64,000 nt of DNA, taken from Bacilli bacterium. GTDB lineage: Bacteria; Bacillota_I; Bacilli_A; RF39; UBA660. The notes under the pieces are model-generated. The model ran no database searches and was not told where the DNA came from. It saw only the letters and a program-made list of their open reading frames with translations. A program made the position numbers and the translations under genes. The DNA lies in assembly GCA_017513865.1 (NCBI GenBank), contig JAFWMN010000006.1:107064-171063 (forward strand), given 5' to 3'. This document shows, piece by piece, positions 8,816-18,069 of this stretch; position 1 is the stretch's first letter, and each line of letters opens with the position of its first letter.

Positions 8816-9680
8816 AAAAATCAAATTAGACGAAGATTTGTCTAATGAGGAACTTTGTAATAAAGTTCTTGACGATCTTCTTTCTTTAACTGGTTTGAAT
8901 TCTGTTAAAAAAGAGGTTATAAAACTTGCTCATTATTTAAAGTTTTTGAAAAAAGTAAGTTCAAAAGCAAATCTTGATAAGCTCAACTTACATATGGTTT
9001 TTAAGGGAAATCCAGGAACCGGAAAGACAACTGTAGCTAGAATTATGGCAAATATTCTTTATTATTTGGGCTATTTAGAAAATGATGAGATAGTGGAAGT
9101 AACACCGACAGATTTTATCGCGGGATACCTTGGTCAAACGGGTATAAAAACAAAAAAACTTTTAGAAAAGTGCCGTGGGGGTCTTATATTTATAGATGAG
9201 GCTTATAGTTTTAATAAAGGAAAAGACGAAGGTGATAATTCTTTTGCTGGAGAAGCTATTGCGGAGATAATCAAGGAAATGGAATCTAAAGAAACCGTAT
9301 TTATCTTTGCTGGATATGGTGATGAAATGGAAGAATTCATTAATTTGAATCCTGGTATTAGATCCCGCATCGGCTATCATATTGATTTTGAAGATTATTC
9401 TGAAGAAGAGCTTTTACAAATATTTTTTTCTAAATTGGAAAAAACTGGTTTTTCTTTATATGAAGATGCAGTTGAGGAGGTAAAAAAAATAATAAAAACC
9501 AAATCTCACGAAAAAAACTTTGGTAATGGTAGAATGATAGATAATTTATATAACAAATTACTTTTAGAACATGCAATGATTAACTGTGATGAGATTGATG
9601 AAGACAAATTATTAACTATTTCTAAAGAGGCAGTCTTAAATATTGAATTTAAAGGAAAGGCGGCGACTTATTTTGACTAA
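8781..9680 (+). CDS. SpoVK/CbbX-family AAA+ ATPase.
   Basis: Walker A 'MVFKGNPGTGKTTVARIMA' is essentially identical to SpoVK. Walker B is 'GLIFIDEAYSF', and arginine-finger and sensor regions are present. Confidence 0.8.
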   Translation: MEDDFLKNPNPKKIKLDEDLSNEELCNKVLDDLLSLTGLNSVKKEVIKLAHYLKFLKKVSSKANLDKLNLHMVFKGNPGTGKTTVARIMANILYYLGYLENDEIVEVTPTDFIAGYLGQTGIKTKKLLEKCRGGLIFIDEAYSFNKGKDEGDNSFAGEAIAEIIKEMESKETVFIFAGYGDEMEEFINLNPGIRSRIGYHIDFEDYSEEELLQIFFSKLEKTGFSLYEDAVEEVKKIIKTKSHEKNFGNGRMIDNLYNKLLLEHAMINCDEIDEDKLLTISKEAVLNIEFKGKAATYFD

Positions 9681-10212
9681 TATATTTGAAAACAAAATAT
9701 ATCAAAAACTAATTGATAATAGAATTATATTTTTAAATGGTGAAATAGATGATGAGTCGGCAAGCATGGTTGTTGCCAAGCTTTTGTATCTAGATTCTAT
9801 AAGCCATGAAGATATAGTAATATATATTAACTCTCCAGGAGGAAGTGTGACGAGCGGGCTTATGATATATGATACTATCAAATACTTAAAATCAGATGTT
9901 TCGACTATTAGTATAGGGTTATCAGCTTCGATGGCTTCAATTTTACTTATGTCGGGAACGCATGGTAAGCGAAAAATCCTTCCACACGGAAAAGTAATGC
10001 TTCATGAACTTTCAACAACAACGGGGGGAAAAATTTCCGATATTTTAGTTGCGGCTAATGAAGCAAAAAAAACGAATGAAATTCTCACAAAAATAATTTC
10101 TGAAAACAGCAAGTTAAATTATGAGCAGATTAAAGATAATTTAACCAAAGATTTATGGCTTGATAGTAATAAAGCTTTAGAATATGGCATTGTTGATAAA
10201 GTTATTTGCTAA
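9643..10212 (+). CDS. clpP: ATP-dependent Clp protease proteolytic subunit.
   Basis: ClpP motifs are present: 'IIFLNGEIDD…YINSPGGSVTSGLMIYDT…ISIGLSASMASILL…KRKILPHGKVMLHELS'. A TTG start (alternative TTG at ~9673) sits inside the 3' end of the AAA gene. Confidence 0.85.
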   Translation: MNLKERRRLILTNIFENKIYQKLIDNRIIFLNGEIDDESASMVVAKLLYLDSISHEDIVIYINSPGGSVTSGLMIYDTIKYLKSDVSTISIGLSASMASILLMSGTHGKRKILPHGKVMLHELSTTTGGKISDILVAANEAKKTNEILTKIISENSKLNYEQIKDNLTKDLWLDSNKALEYGIVDKVIC

Positions 10213-10283
10213 AAAGTGAATTTACTAATTCACTTTTTTAATATTTTATTAATAATATGATATAATTGTTAATAGGTGGAATT

Positions 10284-10676
10284 ATGAAAGAAAATTTAAA
10301 AAAATTATTTACTTTTTTTATAAAATTAGTCGGATATACTGTTATACTTATGGCAACTGCACTTATATTTCAAAACACGATATATATAGATAATTCAAAT
10401 TACGGATTATGGTGTTTTGTGGCAGCAGTACTAGTTTTTTTACTGAATGTGACAATAAAGCCATTTTTGGTGTGGCTTACAATTCCAATAACGGGAATTA
10501 CTTTGGGATTATTTTATCCTTTTATCAATTTAATTATATTAAAAATAGTTAGTATTATATTAGGAAGTCATTTTATAATATATGGTATTTTATATGCGGT
10601 GTTTGCTTCAGTTTTAATATCGTTTTTGAATATTTTATTGGATGAACTTGTTTTAAAAAAAATAGAGGGGAAATAA
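10284..10676 (+). CDS. YvlD/DUF360 (phage-holin-4_2-like) small membrane protein.
   Basis: It has four hydrophobic helices and an AGGTGG RBS. It is the synteny partner of uvrB, as in B. subtilis (uvrB-yvlD). Confidence 0.55.
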   Translation: MKENLKKLFTFFIKLVGYTVILMATALIFQNTIYIDNSNYGLWCFVAAVLVFLLNVTIKPFLVWLTIPITGITLGLFYPFINLIILKIVSIILGSHFIIYGILYAVFASVLISFLNILLDELVLKKIEGK

Positions 10677-10679
10677 TAT

Positions 10680-11483
10680 ATGAAATCAGTTATTGATTTG
10701 GGTTTTGTTTCTATTCATATTTATTCTTTATGTATTTTAATAGGTGTTTTACTATCTTTTTATTTAATTTTAAAAGAGAGCGAAAAGCATGGCTTTGATA
10801 AAGAAAAAATTTCAGATTTGCTTTTTTATACGATTATTTTTGGAATAATAGGTGCGAGATTATATTATTGTTTATTTAATTTAGATTATTATTTATCTAA
10901 TCCTTTTTCTGTTTTGAAAATATGGGAAGGGGGATTAGCTATACATGGAGGGATTATTGCTGGATTAATTACTATTTTTGTATATGCCAAAAGACATAAA
11001 TTAAACGTTCTTTGGCTTTTAGATTTTATAGTAGTTGGTTTAATAATTGCTCAAGCTATTGGTAGATGGGGAAATTTCTTTAATGGTGAGGCTCATGGGT
11101 CACTTACGACATTGTCTCATTTAAAAGGAATGAATTTACCTAGTTTTATTATTAAAGGAATGAAAATTGATGGAGTTTATTATATCCCAACCTTTTTATA
11201 TGAGTCTTTATGGTGTTTACTAGGGTTTATAATAATGATTTTAGTAAGACATAAAAAGAATATAAAAATAGGATATTTAACTGGTTTTTATTTTATTTGG
11301 TATTCTTTAGAAAGATTTTTTGTTGAAGGAATGCGTACAGATAGTTTAATGTTAGGTTTATTTAAAATCGCGCAAATAATCTCTATTATTATGTTTATAT
11401 GTGGTATTGTTATATTTATATATAGTTTTATTAATTCTTCAAACTATAATAAAAAACTTGAAAGGAATGATAAAAATGACTAA
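10680..11483 (+). CDS. lgt: Prolipoprotein diacylglyceryl transferase.
   Basis: 'LKIWEGGLAIHGGIIAGL' and the Lgt signature 'GRWGNFFNGEAHG' are present, along with 'PTFLYESLW…EGMRTDSLM'. Confidence 0.92.
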   Translation: MKSVIDLGFVSIHIYSLCILIGVLLSFYLILKESEKHGFDKEKISDLLFYTIIFGIIGARLYYCLFNLDYYLSNPFSVLKIWEGGLAIHGGIIAGLITIFVYAKRHKLNVLWLLDFIVVGLIIAQAIGRWGNFFNGEAHGSLTTLSHLKGMNLPSFIIKGMKIDGVYYIPTFLYESLWCLLGFIIMILVRHKKNIKIGYLTGFYFIWYSLERFFVEGMRTDSLMLGLFKIAQIISIIMFICGIVIFIYSFINSSNYNKKLERNDKND

Positions 11484-12420
11484 ACTTGCAGTTTTAGGGG
11501 GAGGAACAGGTCTTAGTATATTACTTAGAGGTCTAAAAAAACTTCCTTTTGATATTTCTGCGATTGTTTCTGTTTGTGATGATGGTAGTAGTACCGGAAG
11601 ACTTAGAAAAGAATTTAATACGCCAGCTGTTGGGGATATTAGAAAAGTTCTTATAAGTTTGTCAGAAAATGAAGAAACTGTTAAAAAATTACTTGATTAT
11701 CGTTTTGATACTTCTAGTGATTTGGATGGACATGCGCTTGGGAATTTATTATTAACTGGAGCAGATCATGTTGCTGGAAATATGTCAGGTGCTATTGAGC
11801 TGATTAATTCTTTACTTAATTTAAAAGGTAAAGTGATCCCGTTAACTGAGGAAAATGTTACCTTGGTAGGCAAAATGTATGGGGGAAAAACTGTTGTTGG
11901 TGAACATAACATAACAGAATCTAAAGAAAAAATAAAAGATGTTTTTTATAAAAAAATGCCTAAAGCAAACGAGGAAGTTTTAGAAGCAATTAAAGAAGCA
12001 GATGCTATTATCCTTAGCATGGGAAGTTTATTTACTAGTATTATTCCAAATTTGATTTGTAAAGATGTAGTTAAAGAAATAGATAAATCGACTGCAAAAA
12101 TAATATATGTTTGTAATATTATGACGCAGCCGGGAGAAACAGATGATTTTTCGGTTACAGATCATGTAAAACTAATAAACAAGTATTTAGGAAAAAGGAA
12201 AGTTGATGCGGTTGTTTTAAATAACGGTAGTATTTCACCAGAAATTATAAAAAAATATGAAACAACGGAACAAAAAGATTTAGTTAAAGTAGACCGTGAA
12301 AAAATAAATAAAATGAATGTTGATATTATTGAAAATGATTATATTTTAATTGAAAACGAAATTATTAGACACAATGCATTAAGGGTTGCTATTGATGTTA
12401 TTTCATATTTGTTAGATTAG
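11476..12420 (+). CDS. yvcK: Gluconeogenesis factor / UPF0052 (YvcK/GlmR, CofD-like).
   Basis: 'MTKLAVLGGGTGLSILLRGLK…VSVCDDGSSTGRLR' is present. It starts with an ATG overlapping the lgt stop, with RBS AAAGGAAT. Confidence 0.88.
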   Translation: MTKLAVLGGGTGLSILLRGLKKLPFDISAIVSVCDDGSSTGRLRKEFNTPAVGDIRKVLISLSENEETVKKLLDYRFDTSSDLDGHALGNLLLTGADHVAGNMSGAIELINSLLNLKGKVIPLTEENVTLVGKMYGGKTVVGEHNITESKEKIKDVFYKKMPKANEEVLEAIKEADAIILSMGSLFTSIIPNLICKDVVKEIDKSTAKIIYVCNIMTQPGETDDFSVTDHVKLINKYLGKRKVDAVVLNNGSISPEIIKKYETTEQKDLVKVDREKINKMNVDIIENDYILIENEIIRHNALRVAIDVISYLLD

Positions 12421-12431
12421 AGGGTGATTAC

Positions 12432-13346
12432 ATGTCATTTACGGGAGAAGTTAAAGATGAAGTAAGCAAATTAGAATTTATGGAAGCGGAGAATATTTCT
12501 GAACTTTCAGCTATTGTAAATTCTTTTTATGATTTTTCAGGGCAAATTAAAATAATTACTGAAAACAATAGTGTTGCCCGTAGAGTATATTCACTTTTTA
12601 AAGAAATTTATCATGTATATCCTAGTGTTTCGGTTAGAAAAGGGTATAATTATAGTCGTAAACTTTTATATATTGTTGAAGTAAAAAATAATGTTGACCG
12701 TATTTTAAAATCTTTGGGTATTACAAAATCTTTGCCAGAAAATTTTATTTGGTCTGATGAAGATCTTGTTAGAGCTTATTTACGAGGGTTGTTTTTGGTG
12801 TGTGCGAGTGTGAATGATCCAAAAAAATCAAGGTATCATTTAGAATTTAATTTAAATGATTTAAAATATGCTAAATTTGTTCAAAAATTATTAAATGGTT
12901 TTAATTTGAATAGTAAGGTTTTACACCGTGATAATAGATTTATGGTTTATATTAAAGAAGCCGAAAAAATAAGCGATTTACTTAGAGTAATAGGGGCAGT
13001 TAAGGCTGTATTATATTATGAAGATATTAGAATTTATCGTGATCATAAAAATATGACAAATAGATTAAACAATTGCGAACAAGCTAATGTCGATAGAATA
13101 ATTGAAACAGCAAATTCACAAGTAAAAGATATAGTCTTTTTAGAAAAAAATGACGCTTTTGATCTTTTAAGTGATAAAGAAAAAGAAGTGGCAATTTATA
13201 GAAAAAAATACCCCGACGCATCATTATTAGAACTTAGTCAGATAATAAGTTTGGAAACAGGTAATAAAATTACCAAGTCTGGTTTATATCATAGATTTAA
13301 TAAGATTAAAAAATTCGCTGTGAGAATTAAAAACAAAATGAAATAA
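12432..13346 (+). CDS. whiA: DNA-binding sporulation/cell-division regulator WhiA.
   Basis: The N-terminus is MSFTGEVKDE. It shows the conserved yvcK-whiA order, a LAGLIDADG-like middle domain and a C-terminal HTH. Confidence 0.85.
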   Translation: MSFTGEVKDEVSKLEFMEAENISELSAIVNSFYDFSGQIKIITENNSVARRVYSLFKEIYHVYPSVSVRKGYNYSRKLLYIVEVKNNVDRILKSLGITKSLPENFIWSDEDLVRAYLRGLFLVCASVNDPKKSRYHLEFNLNDLKYAKFVQKLLNGFNLNSKVLHRDNRFMVYIKEAEKISDLLRVIGAVKAVLYYEDIRIYRDHKNMTNRLNNCEQANVDRIIETANSQVKDIVFLEKNDAFDLLSDKEKEVAIYRKKYPDASLLELSQIISLETGNKITKSGLYHRFNKIKKFAVRIKNKMK

Positions 13347-13405
13347 TTTTGTTTTTTTTATTGTTAAAAAGTGGCATTTATGTTATCCTTATAATAGGTG
13401 ATAGT

Positions 13406-15229
13406 ATGAAAAAATATGTTAAATTTATATTTATATTTATATTTTTGATGATTGTGGGAATTTATAATGGAAGTGCGTTAAGTGATTCTGTTCATGTTCC
13501 TAATTATGAGAATTATAGATATATTATGGAAACTGAAAGTTTTGCGAACGGATCTAATAGACCGGTAATTTTTACTATTGGCGGTACAGATTATTTTTGT
13601 TCACATCTTCATTTAACTGAACCATGGGATAGAAATTGTTCTAAAATGTCTTTAAATGATAGTAATCCTGGTGATGGTCATTGGTCTCATCCAATGGCAG
13701 CAGCTATTGGTAAATTAGTTCAATATGTTTCTGAACATAAAACAGATGAGAATTTATATTATTTTGAAATCGCTACAAACCAATTCATTAAAAATAAAGG
13801 TGAGGGAGATAATGACAACTCTACAAATGGTGCTGGACCAACATCTACTTATGATAATTTTATGGATCTTATGAATACTGAGTATAATAGGGTTAAGAAT
13901 TTTGCGGCACCAACTATAACAATGACAGCTTTTACCCTTTCTAATAATAACTATACTTCAACTATAACTGTTTCTGGTTGTGAAAGTTGTGAAGTTGCAG
14001 TAAGTCCTAGTAATAAAGGAACATTATCTCATACAAGTGGTAGTAATGGTAATGGAAGTTATACTTTAACTGTTCCAGCAAGTGGTATTACAGCTGGTGC
14101 TAAAACAACATTTACGGTAACAGCTACTGACACTTTAACAGCTAGAATAGCTCGTAACTACAACTGTGGTGAAAACGTTCAAACAATCACACCTTTAGGA
14201 ACTGAAGGATATAGTACTTCTAAAAATGCATCAGCAACAAAAGATATTGAAAGATCTAAAATAATATTTAATAAAAAAGCAGCTGACACTAACGAAGTGC
14301 TTACTGGTGGTTCATTCGAATTTACTAAAAATAATACGGTAGTTGAAACTATTACTGTAGGGAATAAAACTTATCAAGATTTAGCTTTTGGAACTTATTG
14401 TATGGAAGAAAAAGAAGCACCAGAAGGTTATGTTAATGCTAAAGAAAAGAAATGTGTTACTCTTTCTAGTTCTAATCTTAATGCGACAATTACTATTTTT
14501 GATGATTTAACTTCAATTAAAATCAAAAAGATTGACGAAAACACAAAAGAAGCTTTAGAAGGGGCTAAACTAGTAATAGTTGATGAAGATGGTGAAGTTG
14601 TTAGTACAATTAACGATGAAGAATGTTCTTGGACTTCTGACGACGATTATGTATCGTTCTTTGGAATTCCAGTTGGAACATATTATATAAAAGAGCTAGA
14701 AGCCCCAGATGGCTACGAACTTATGCAAAATCAAGTAGAGTTTACAATAAATGAAGATGGATCAGTTGTAACTTCTAAAGAAGAAGATTTATCAGACGAT
14801 TCAATTGTAATTGTTAAGAATAAATTAACTAAAGTTGATATTAGTAAGCAAGACGCGACTACAGGAAAAGAACTTCCAGGAGCAAAATTACAAATTTTAG
14901 ATGCTGATGGCAATGTGGTAGAAGAGTGGACTTCTACAGATACTCCACACCGCGTTGAAGGGCTTAAAGCAGGACACTATTATTTAAAAGAAACAATTGC
15001 TCCTGCCGGTTATGAAAAAACAGAAACAACGGTAGAATTTGTAATATATTCTGATGGTTCTACAAAAGAAGTAGTTATGAAAAACGAACCAATAAAAGTT
15101 AAGGTTCCATCAACTGCTAAAAATATTTCGCTTATTTTAGCAGCAGGCGGCATTATATTTGTAGTTGTTGCCGGAACAATATTCCTTTATCAAGAAGGAA
15201 TAATAAAATCATCTAAGAATAAAAAATAA
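13406..15229 (+). CDS. Cell-wall-anchored surface adhesin with three SpaA/CnaB-type (prealbumin-like) repeats and a non-canonical sorting signal.
   Basis: A signal peptide starts at MKKYVKFIFIF. The repeats carry 'GTYYIKELEAPDGY', 'GHYYLKETIAPAGY' and 'GTYCMEEKEAPEGY'. The C-terminus is 'KVPSTAKN' plus a hydrophobic segment and a KSSKNKK tail. Confidence 0.75.
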   Translation: MKKYVKFIFIFIFLMIVGIYNGSALSDSVHVPNYENYRYIMETESFANGSNRPVIFTIGGTDYFCSHLHLTEPWDRNCSKMSLNDSNPGDGHWSHPMAAAIGKLVQYVSEHKTDENLYYFEIATNQFIKNKGEGDNDNSTNGAGPTSTYDNFMDLMNTEYNRVKNFAAPTITMTAFTLSNNNYTSTITVSGCESCEVAVSPSNKGTLSHTSGSNGNGSYTLTVPASGITAGAKTTFTVTATDTLTARIARNYNCGENVQTITPLGTEGYSTSKNASATKDIERSKIIFNKKAADTNEVLTGGSFEFTKNNTVVETITVGNKTYQDLAFGTYCMEEKEAPEGYVNAKEKKCVTLSSSNLNATITIFDDLTSIKIKKIDENTKEALEGAKLVIVDEDGEVVSTINDEECSWTSDDDYVSFFGIPVGTYYIKELEAPDGYELMQNQVEFTINEDGSVVTSKEEDLSDDSIVIVKNKLTKVDISKQDATTGKELPGAKLQILDADGNVVEEWTSTDTPHRVEGLKAGHYYLKETIAPAGYEKTETTVEFVIYSDGSTKEVVMKNEPIKVKVPSTAKNISLILAAGGIIFVVVAGTIFLYQEGIIKSSKNKK

Positions 15230-15250
15230 ACAGGTTTTCCTGTTTTTTTC
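15229..15250 (+). terminator. Rho-independent terminator after the adhesin gene.
   Basis: AACAGG-tttt-CCTGTT is followed by TTTTTTT. Confidence 0.6.
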
Positions 15251-15299
15251 TTTTTAGATGAGGACAAGTTTAATAAAATATAGTATAATGTTATAAAGG

Positions 15300-16274
15300 G
15301 TGATAATCGTGCAAAAATTCTTTGAAGATTTTACAAAATTGATAAAAAAACATGAACAAATTATTATTATGACACATTCTATACCTGATTTGGATGGTAT
15401 GGGTAGTGCAATTGTTTTAAATGAAATTTTAAATAAATTTAACAAAGAGAGCTATATTGTTGCCCCTAAAAAAATGATAAGAAATTCACTTAATAAAGCT
15501 ATTAAATATGTGAACGATGAAGGTTATCTAATTCCTTTTAAACATGAAAAATATATAAATTTTGACAAGGCTTTACTAATTATTTTAGATGTTTCAGAAC
15601 CAGAGCTTTTAGAGTGTGAAGAACTTATTAAAAGAGGGTATGATACGGTTATAATTGATCATCATTCGTTAAATGAAAGAACTATTCGCGATGCAGATCT
15701 TTTATACTTAAATGATGAAATGTCTAGCATTGTCGAAGTTATTACTAATTATATAAAATATTTAGAATTTAATGTTGATAAAATTTTTTATACAATATTA
15801 TTAACTGGTATATTTATAGACACGAATTATTTTAATTTAAAAACGACGCCAAAAACGTTTGAAACAGCTAGTTATTTACTTGAAAGAGGTGCGAATTTAA
15901 ATGTAAAACAACAGATTCTTAAAGAAAATTTAAATGATGTTTTGGAGCGTTATTCTTATATTGAAAAAATGATTAAGATAGACGAAAAGGTTTATCTAAG
16001 CATTATTGATGATAAATTATGTACAAATGTCGATGTGGCTAAGTTGGCTGATGAAATGCTTAAATTCTTTGAGGTAAAAGTAGCTTTAGCTATAGGAAAG
16101 AAAAATGATGAAGAAATTCTTGTAAGTGCAAGATCTCTTGGCGAAGTTGATGTATGTGAATATATGAGAAAACTTGGTGGTGGGGGTCATTTGGCCGCGG
16201 CAGCTGCTTTAGTAGAATCTAACAATTTTGAAGAAGTTATTGAAAAATTAAAAAATATTATTAAGGGGGAATAA
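15300..16274 (+). CDS. DHH-DHHA1 phosphoesterase (NrnA/GdpP-like catalytic domains only).
   Basis: DHH motifs ('IIMTHSIPDLDGMGSAI', 'IIDHH') and the DHHA1 motif 'GGGHLAAAAA' are present. It lies upstream of rplI, as gdpP does in Bacilli. It has a GTG start (alternative GTG at 15309). Confidence 0.75.
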   Translation: MIIVQKFFEDFTKLIKKHEQIIIMTHSIPDLDGMGSAIVLNEILNKFNKESYIVAPKKMIRNSLNKAIKYVNDEGYLIPFKHEKYINFDKALLIILDVSEPELLECEELIKRGYDTVIIDHHSLNERTIRDADLLYLNDEMSSIVEVITNYIKYLEFNVDKIFYTILLTGIFIDTNYFNLKTTPKTFETASYLLERGANLNVKQQILKENLNDVLERYSYIEKMIKIDEKVYLSIIDDKLCTNVDVAKLADEMLKFFEVKVALAIGKKNDEEILVSARSLGEVDVCEYMRKLGGGGHLAAAAALVESNNFEEVIEKLKNIIKGE

Positions 16275-16275
16275 T

Positions 16276-16713
16276 ATGCGTGTAATTTTACTTGAAGATG
16301 TGAAGAAGCAAGGAAAAAAAGATGATATTATAACAGTTAAAGATGGATATGGAACATACCTTATCAACAATAAAAAAGCAATTTTGGAAACTAAAGGTAG
16401 TGCAAAAGTATTACAGAAGCAAACGGAAACGAGAGCTTTAGAAGAAAATTTACTTATAAGAGATTGCGAAGAACTTAAGAAAAAACTTGAAAAAATGGTA
16501 TTAAAATTCAAAGTTAAAACAGGATCTAATGATCAAGTTTTTGGTAAAATAAGCTCTAAACAAATCGCTGAAGAACTTAATAATAAAGGAATAAAAATAG
16601 ATAAGAAAAAAATTAAGATTGCTGTTCCTATAAACAATTTAGGAACGACCAATGTAAAAATAAATTTACACAAAAAAGTGGAGGCAACTTTAAAAATCGA
16701 ATTACATAAGTAG
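16276..16713 (+). CDS. rplI: 50S ribosomal protein L9.
   Basis: The N-terminus MRVILLEDVKKQGKKDDIITVKDGYGTYL matches the L9 family. Confidence 0.93.
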   Translation: MRVILLEDVKKQGKKDDIITVKDGYGTYLINNKKAILETKGSAKVLQKQTETRALEENLLIRDCEELKKKLEKMVLKFKVKTGSNDQVFGKISSKQIAEELNNKGIKIDKKKIKIAVPINNLGTTNVKINLHKKVEATLKIELHK

Positions 16714-16722
16714 GTGATACAA

Positions 16723-18069
16723 ATGAATGAAAAATCTATGCCACAAAAAATTGATGCGGAGCAATCAATCCTTGGTTCAATGTTTTTAAGTGAACGAGCA
16801 TTAGAAAAAATAATAGAGACTTTAAATAAAGATATGTTTTATTTAGATTCTCACAAAAAAATATTTGAAACCATTAAAAATTTGGCTGATAATAAATCCC
16901 CCATTGATATTACAACAGTTACAGCAGAACTTGACCGAAAAAAACTTTTAAATCAAGTTGGCGGCGTTGAATATTTAACGCAAATTATTAGTTCTGTTCC
17001 AACCGCTGCTAATGCTGATGAATATATGAAAATTGTCGAAGAAAAGTTTTTGCGAAGAAACTTAATTGAAGCGGGAACAGATATTGCCAATAGCGGGTTT
17101 TCTTCAACGGAAGATATTGGCGACATATTAGATGAGGCTGAAAAGAAGATATTTGATGTAATAAGAAATAGAAGAGGAAGCGAATTTAAAACTATTCAGG
17201 ATGTCCTATTTAAAACACAGGCCGATTTAGAAAAATTAGCTTCTTTAAAAGGTGATATTACTGGAGTTCCAAGTGGATATTATGATATAGACAAGTTAAC
17301 TTCTGGTTTCCATGAAAATGAACTTATTATTTTGGCTGCGCGTCCTGCCATGGGTAAAACAGCTTTTGCTTTAAATATGGCTGTTAATATGGCTTTAAAT
17401 GCTAAAAAAAGTGTAGCTTTGTTTAATATGGAAATGGGGGCTGAACAGTTAACATCGAGAATGCTTTCTTCGGTTGGTCAAATAGAAGGTTCGAAACTTA
17501 GAACTGGTAGGCTTGAACATCATGATTGGAAGCGAATTAATGAAGCTATTAGTAGACTAGCTGATACAAAGATGTATATTGATGACACTCCAGGTATTAC
17601 TGTGAGCGAAATGCGTGCTAAGTGTAGGAGACTTGCAAATTCTGAAGATGGACTTGATGTTGTAATTATTGACTATTTACAATTAATTAGTGGTTCGTCA
17701 AAATATGTTGGGCAAAGGCAGCAAGAAGTGTCAGAAATTTCAAGATCTTTAAAAACGATGGCGATGGAGCTTAATATTCCAGTTATCGCTTTAGCGCAGC
17801 TTTCACGTAGTGTTGAAGGTAGGGAAGAAAAAAGACCGTTACTTTCAGATTTAAGAGAATCTGGTTCGATAGAACAGGATGCTGATATTGTTGCTTTCCT
17901 TTATCGTGATGATTATTATAATAAAGAAGCGGCGATTGATGAGAATACTAGCAAAAGTGAATTTATAATCGCGAAACATCGTAATGGACCAACAGCTACT
18001 GTTAATTTAGTATTTAAGCGAAATACTAGTTCATTTTTCAATATGGAAAATAGTGAGCAGGTGGTGTGA
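16723..18069 (+). CDS. dnaB: Replicative DNA helicase (DnaB-family; dnaC in the B. subtilis nomenclature).
   Basis: 'QSILGSMFL', Walker A 'ILAARPAMGKTAFALN', 'IIDYLQLI' and 'ALAQLSRSVE' are present. An AGGTGA RBS precedes ATG 16723. Confidence 0.95.
   Translation: MNEKSMPQKIDAEQSILGSMFLSERALEKIIETLNKDMFYLDSHKKIFETIKNLADNKSPIDITTVTAELDRKKLLNQVGGVEYLTQIISSVPTAANADEYMKIVEEKFLRRNLIEAGTDIANSGFSSTEDIGDILDEAEKKIFDVIRNRRGSEFKTIQDVLFKTQADLEKLASLKGDITGVPSGYYDIDKLTSGFHENELIILAARPAMGKTAFALNMAVNMALNAKKSVALFNMEMGAEQLTSRMLSSVGQIEGSKLRTGRLEHHDWKRINEAISRLADTKMYIDDTPGITVSEMRAKCRRLANSEDGLDVVIIDYLQLISGSSKYVGQRQQEVSEISRSLKTMAMELNIPVIALAQLSRSVEGREEKRPLLSDLRESGSIEQDADIVAFLYRDDYYNKEAAIDENTSKSEFIIAKHRNGPTATVNLVFKRNTSSFFNMENSEQVV

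Noticed and set aside
9673-10212. An alternative clpP start at the TTG near 9673 within the overlap.
   Set aside because: This cannot be decided by eye. The longer TTG at 9643 was kept because it adds conserved-looking N-terminal residues, and the alternative is noted in the feature entry.
13406-15229. A canonical LPXTG sortase motif in the surface proteins.
   Set aside because: I scanned the C-termini of the 13406 and 53808 proteins and found only VPSTA and VPDTG ahead of the hydrophobic segment. They are therefore reported as non-canonical signals, not as LPXTG.
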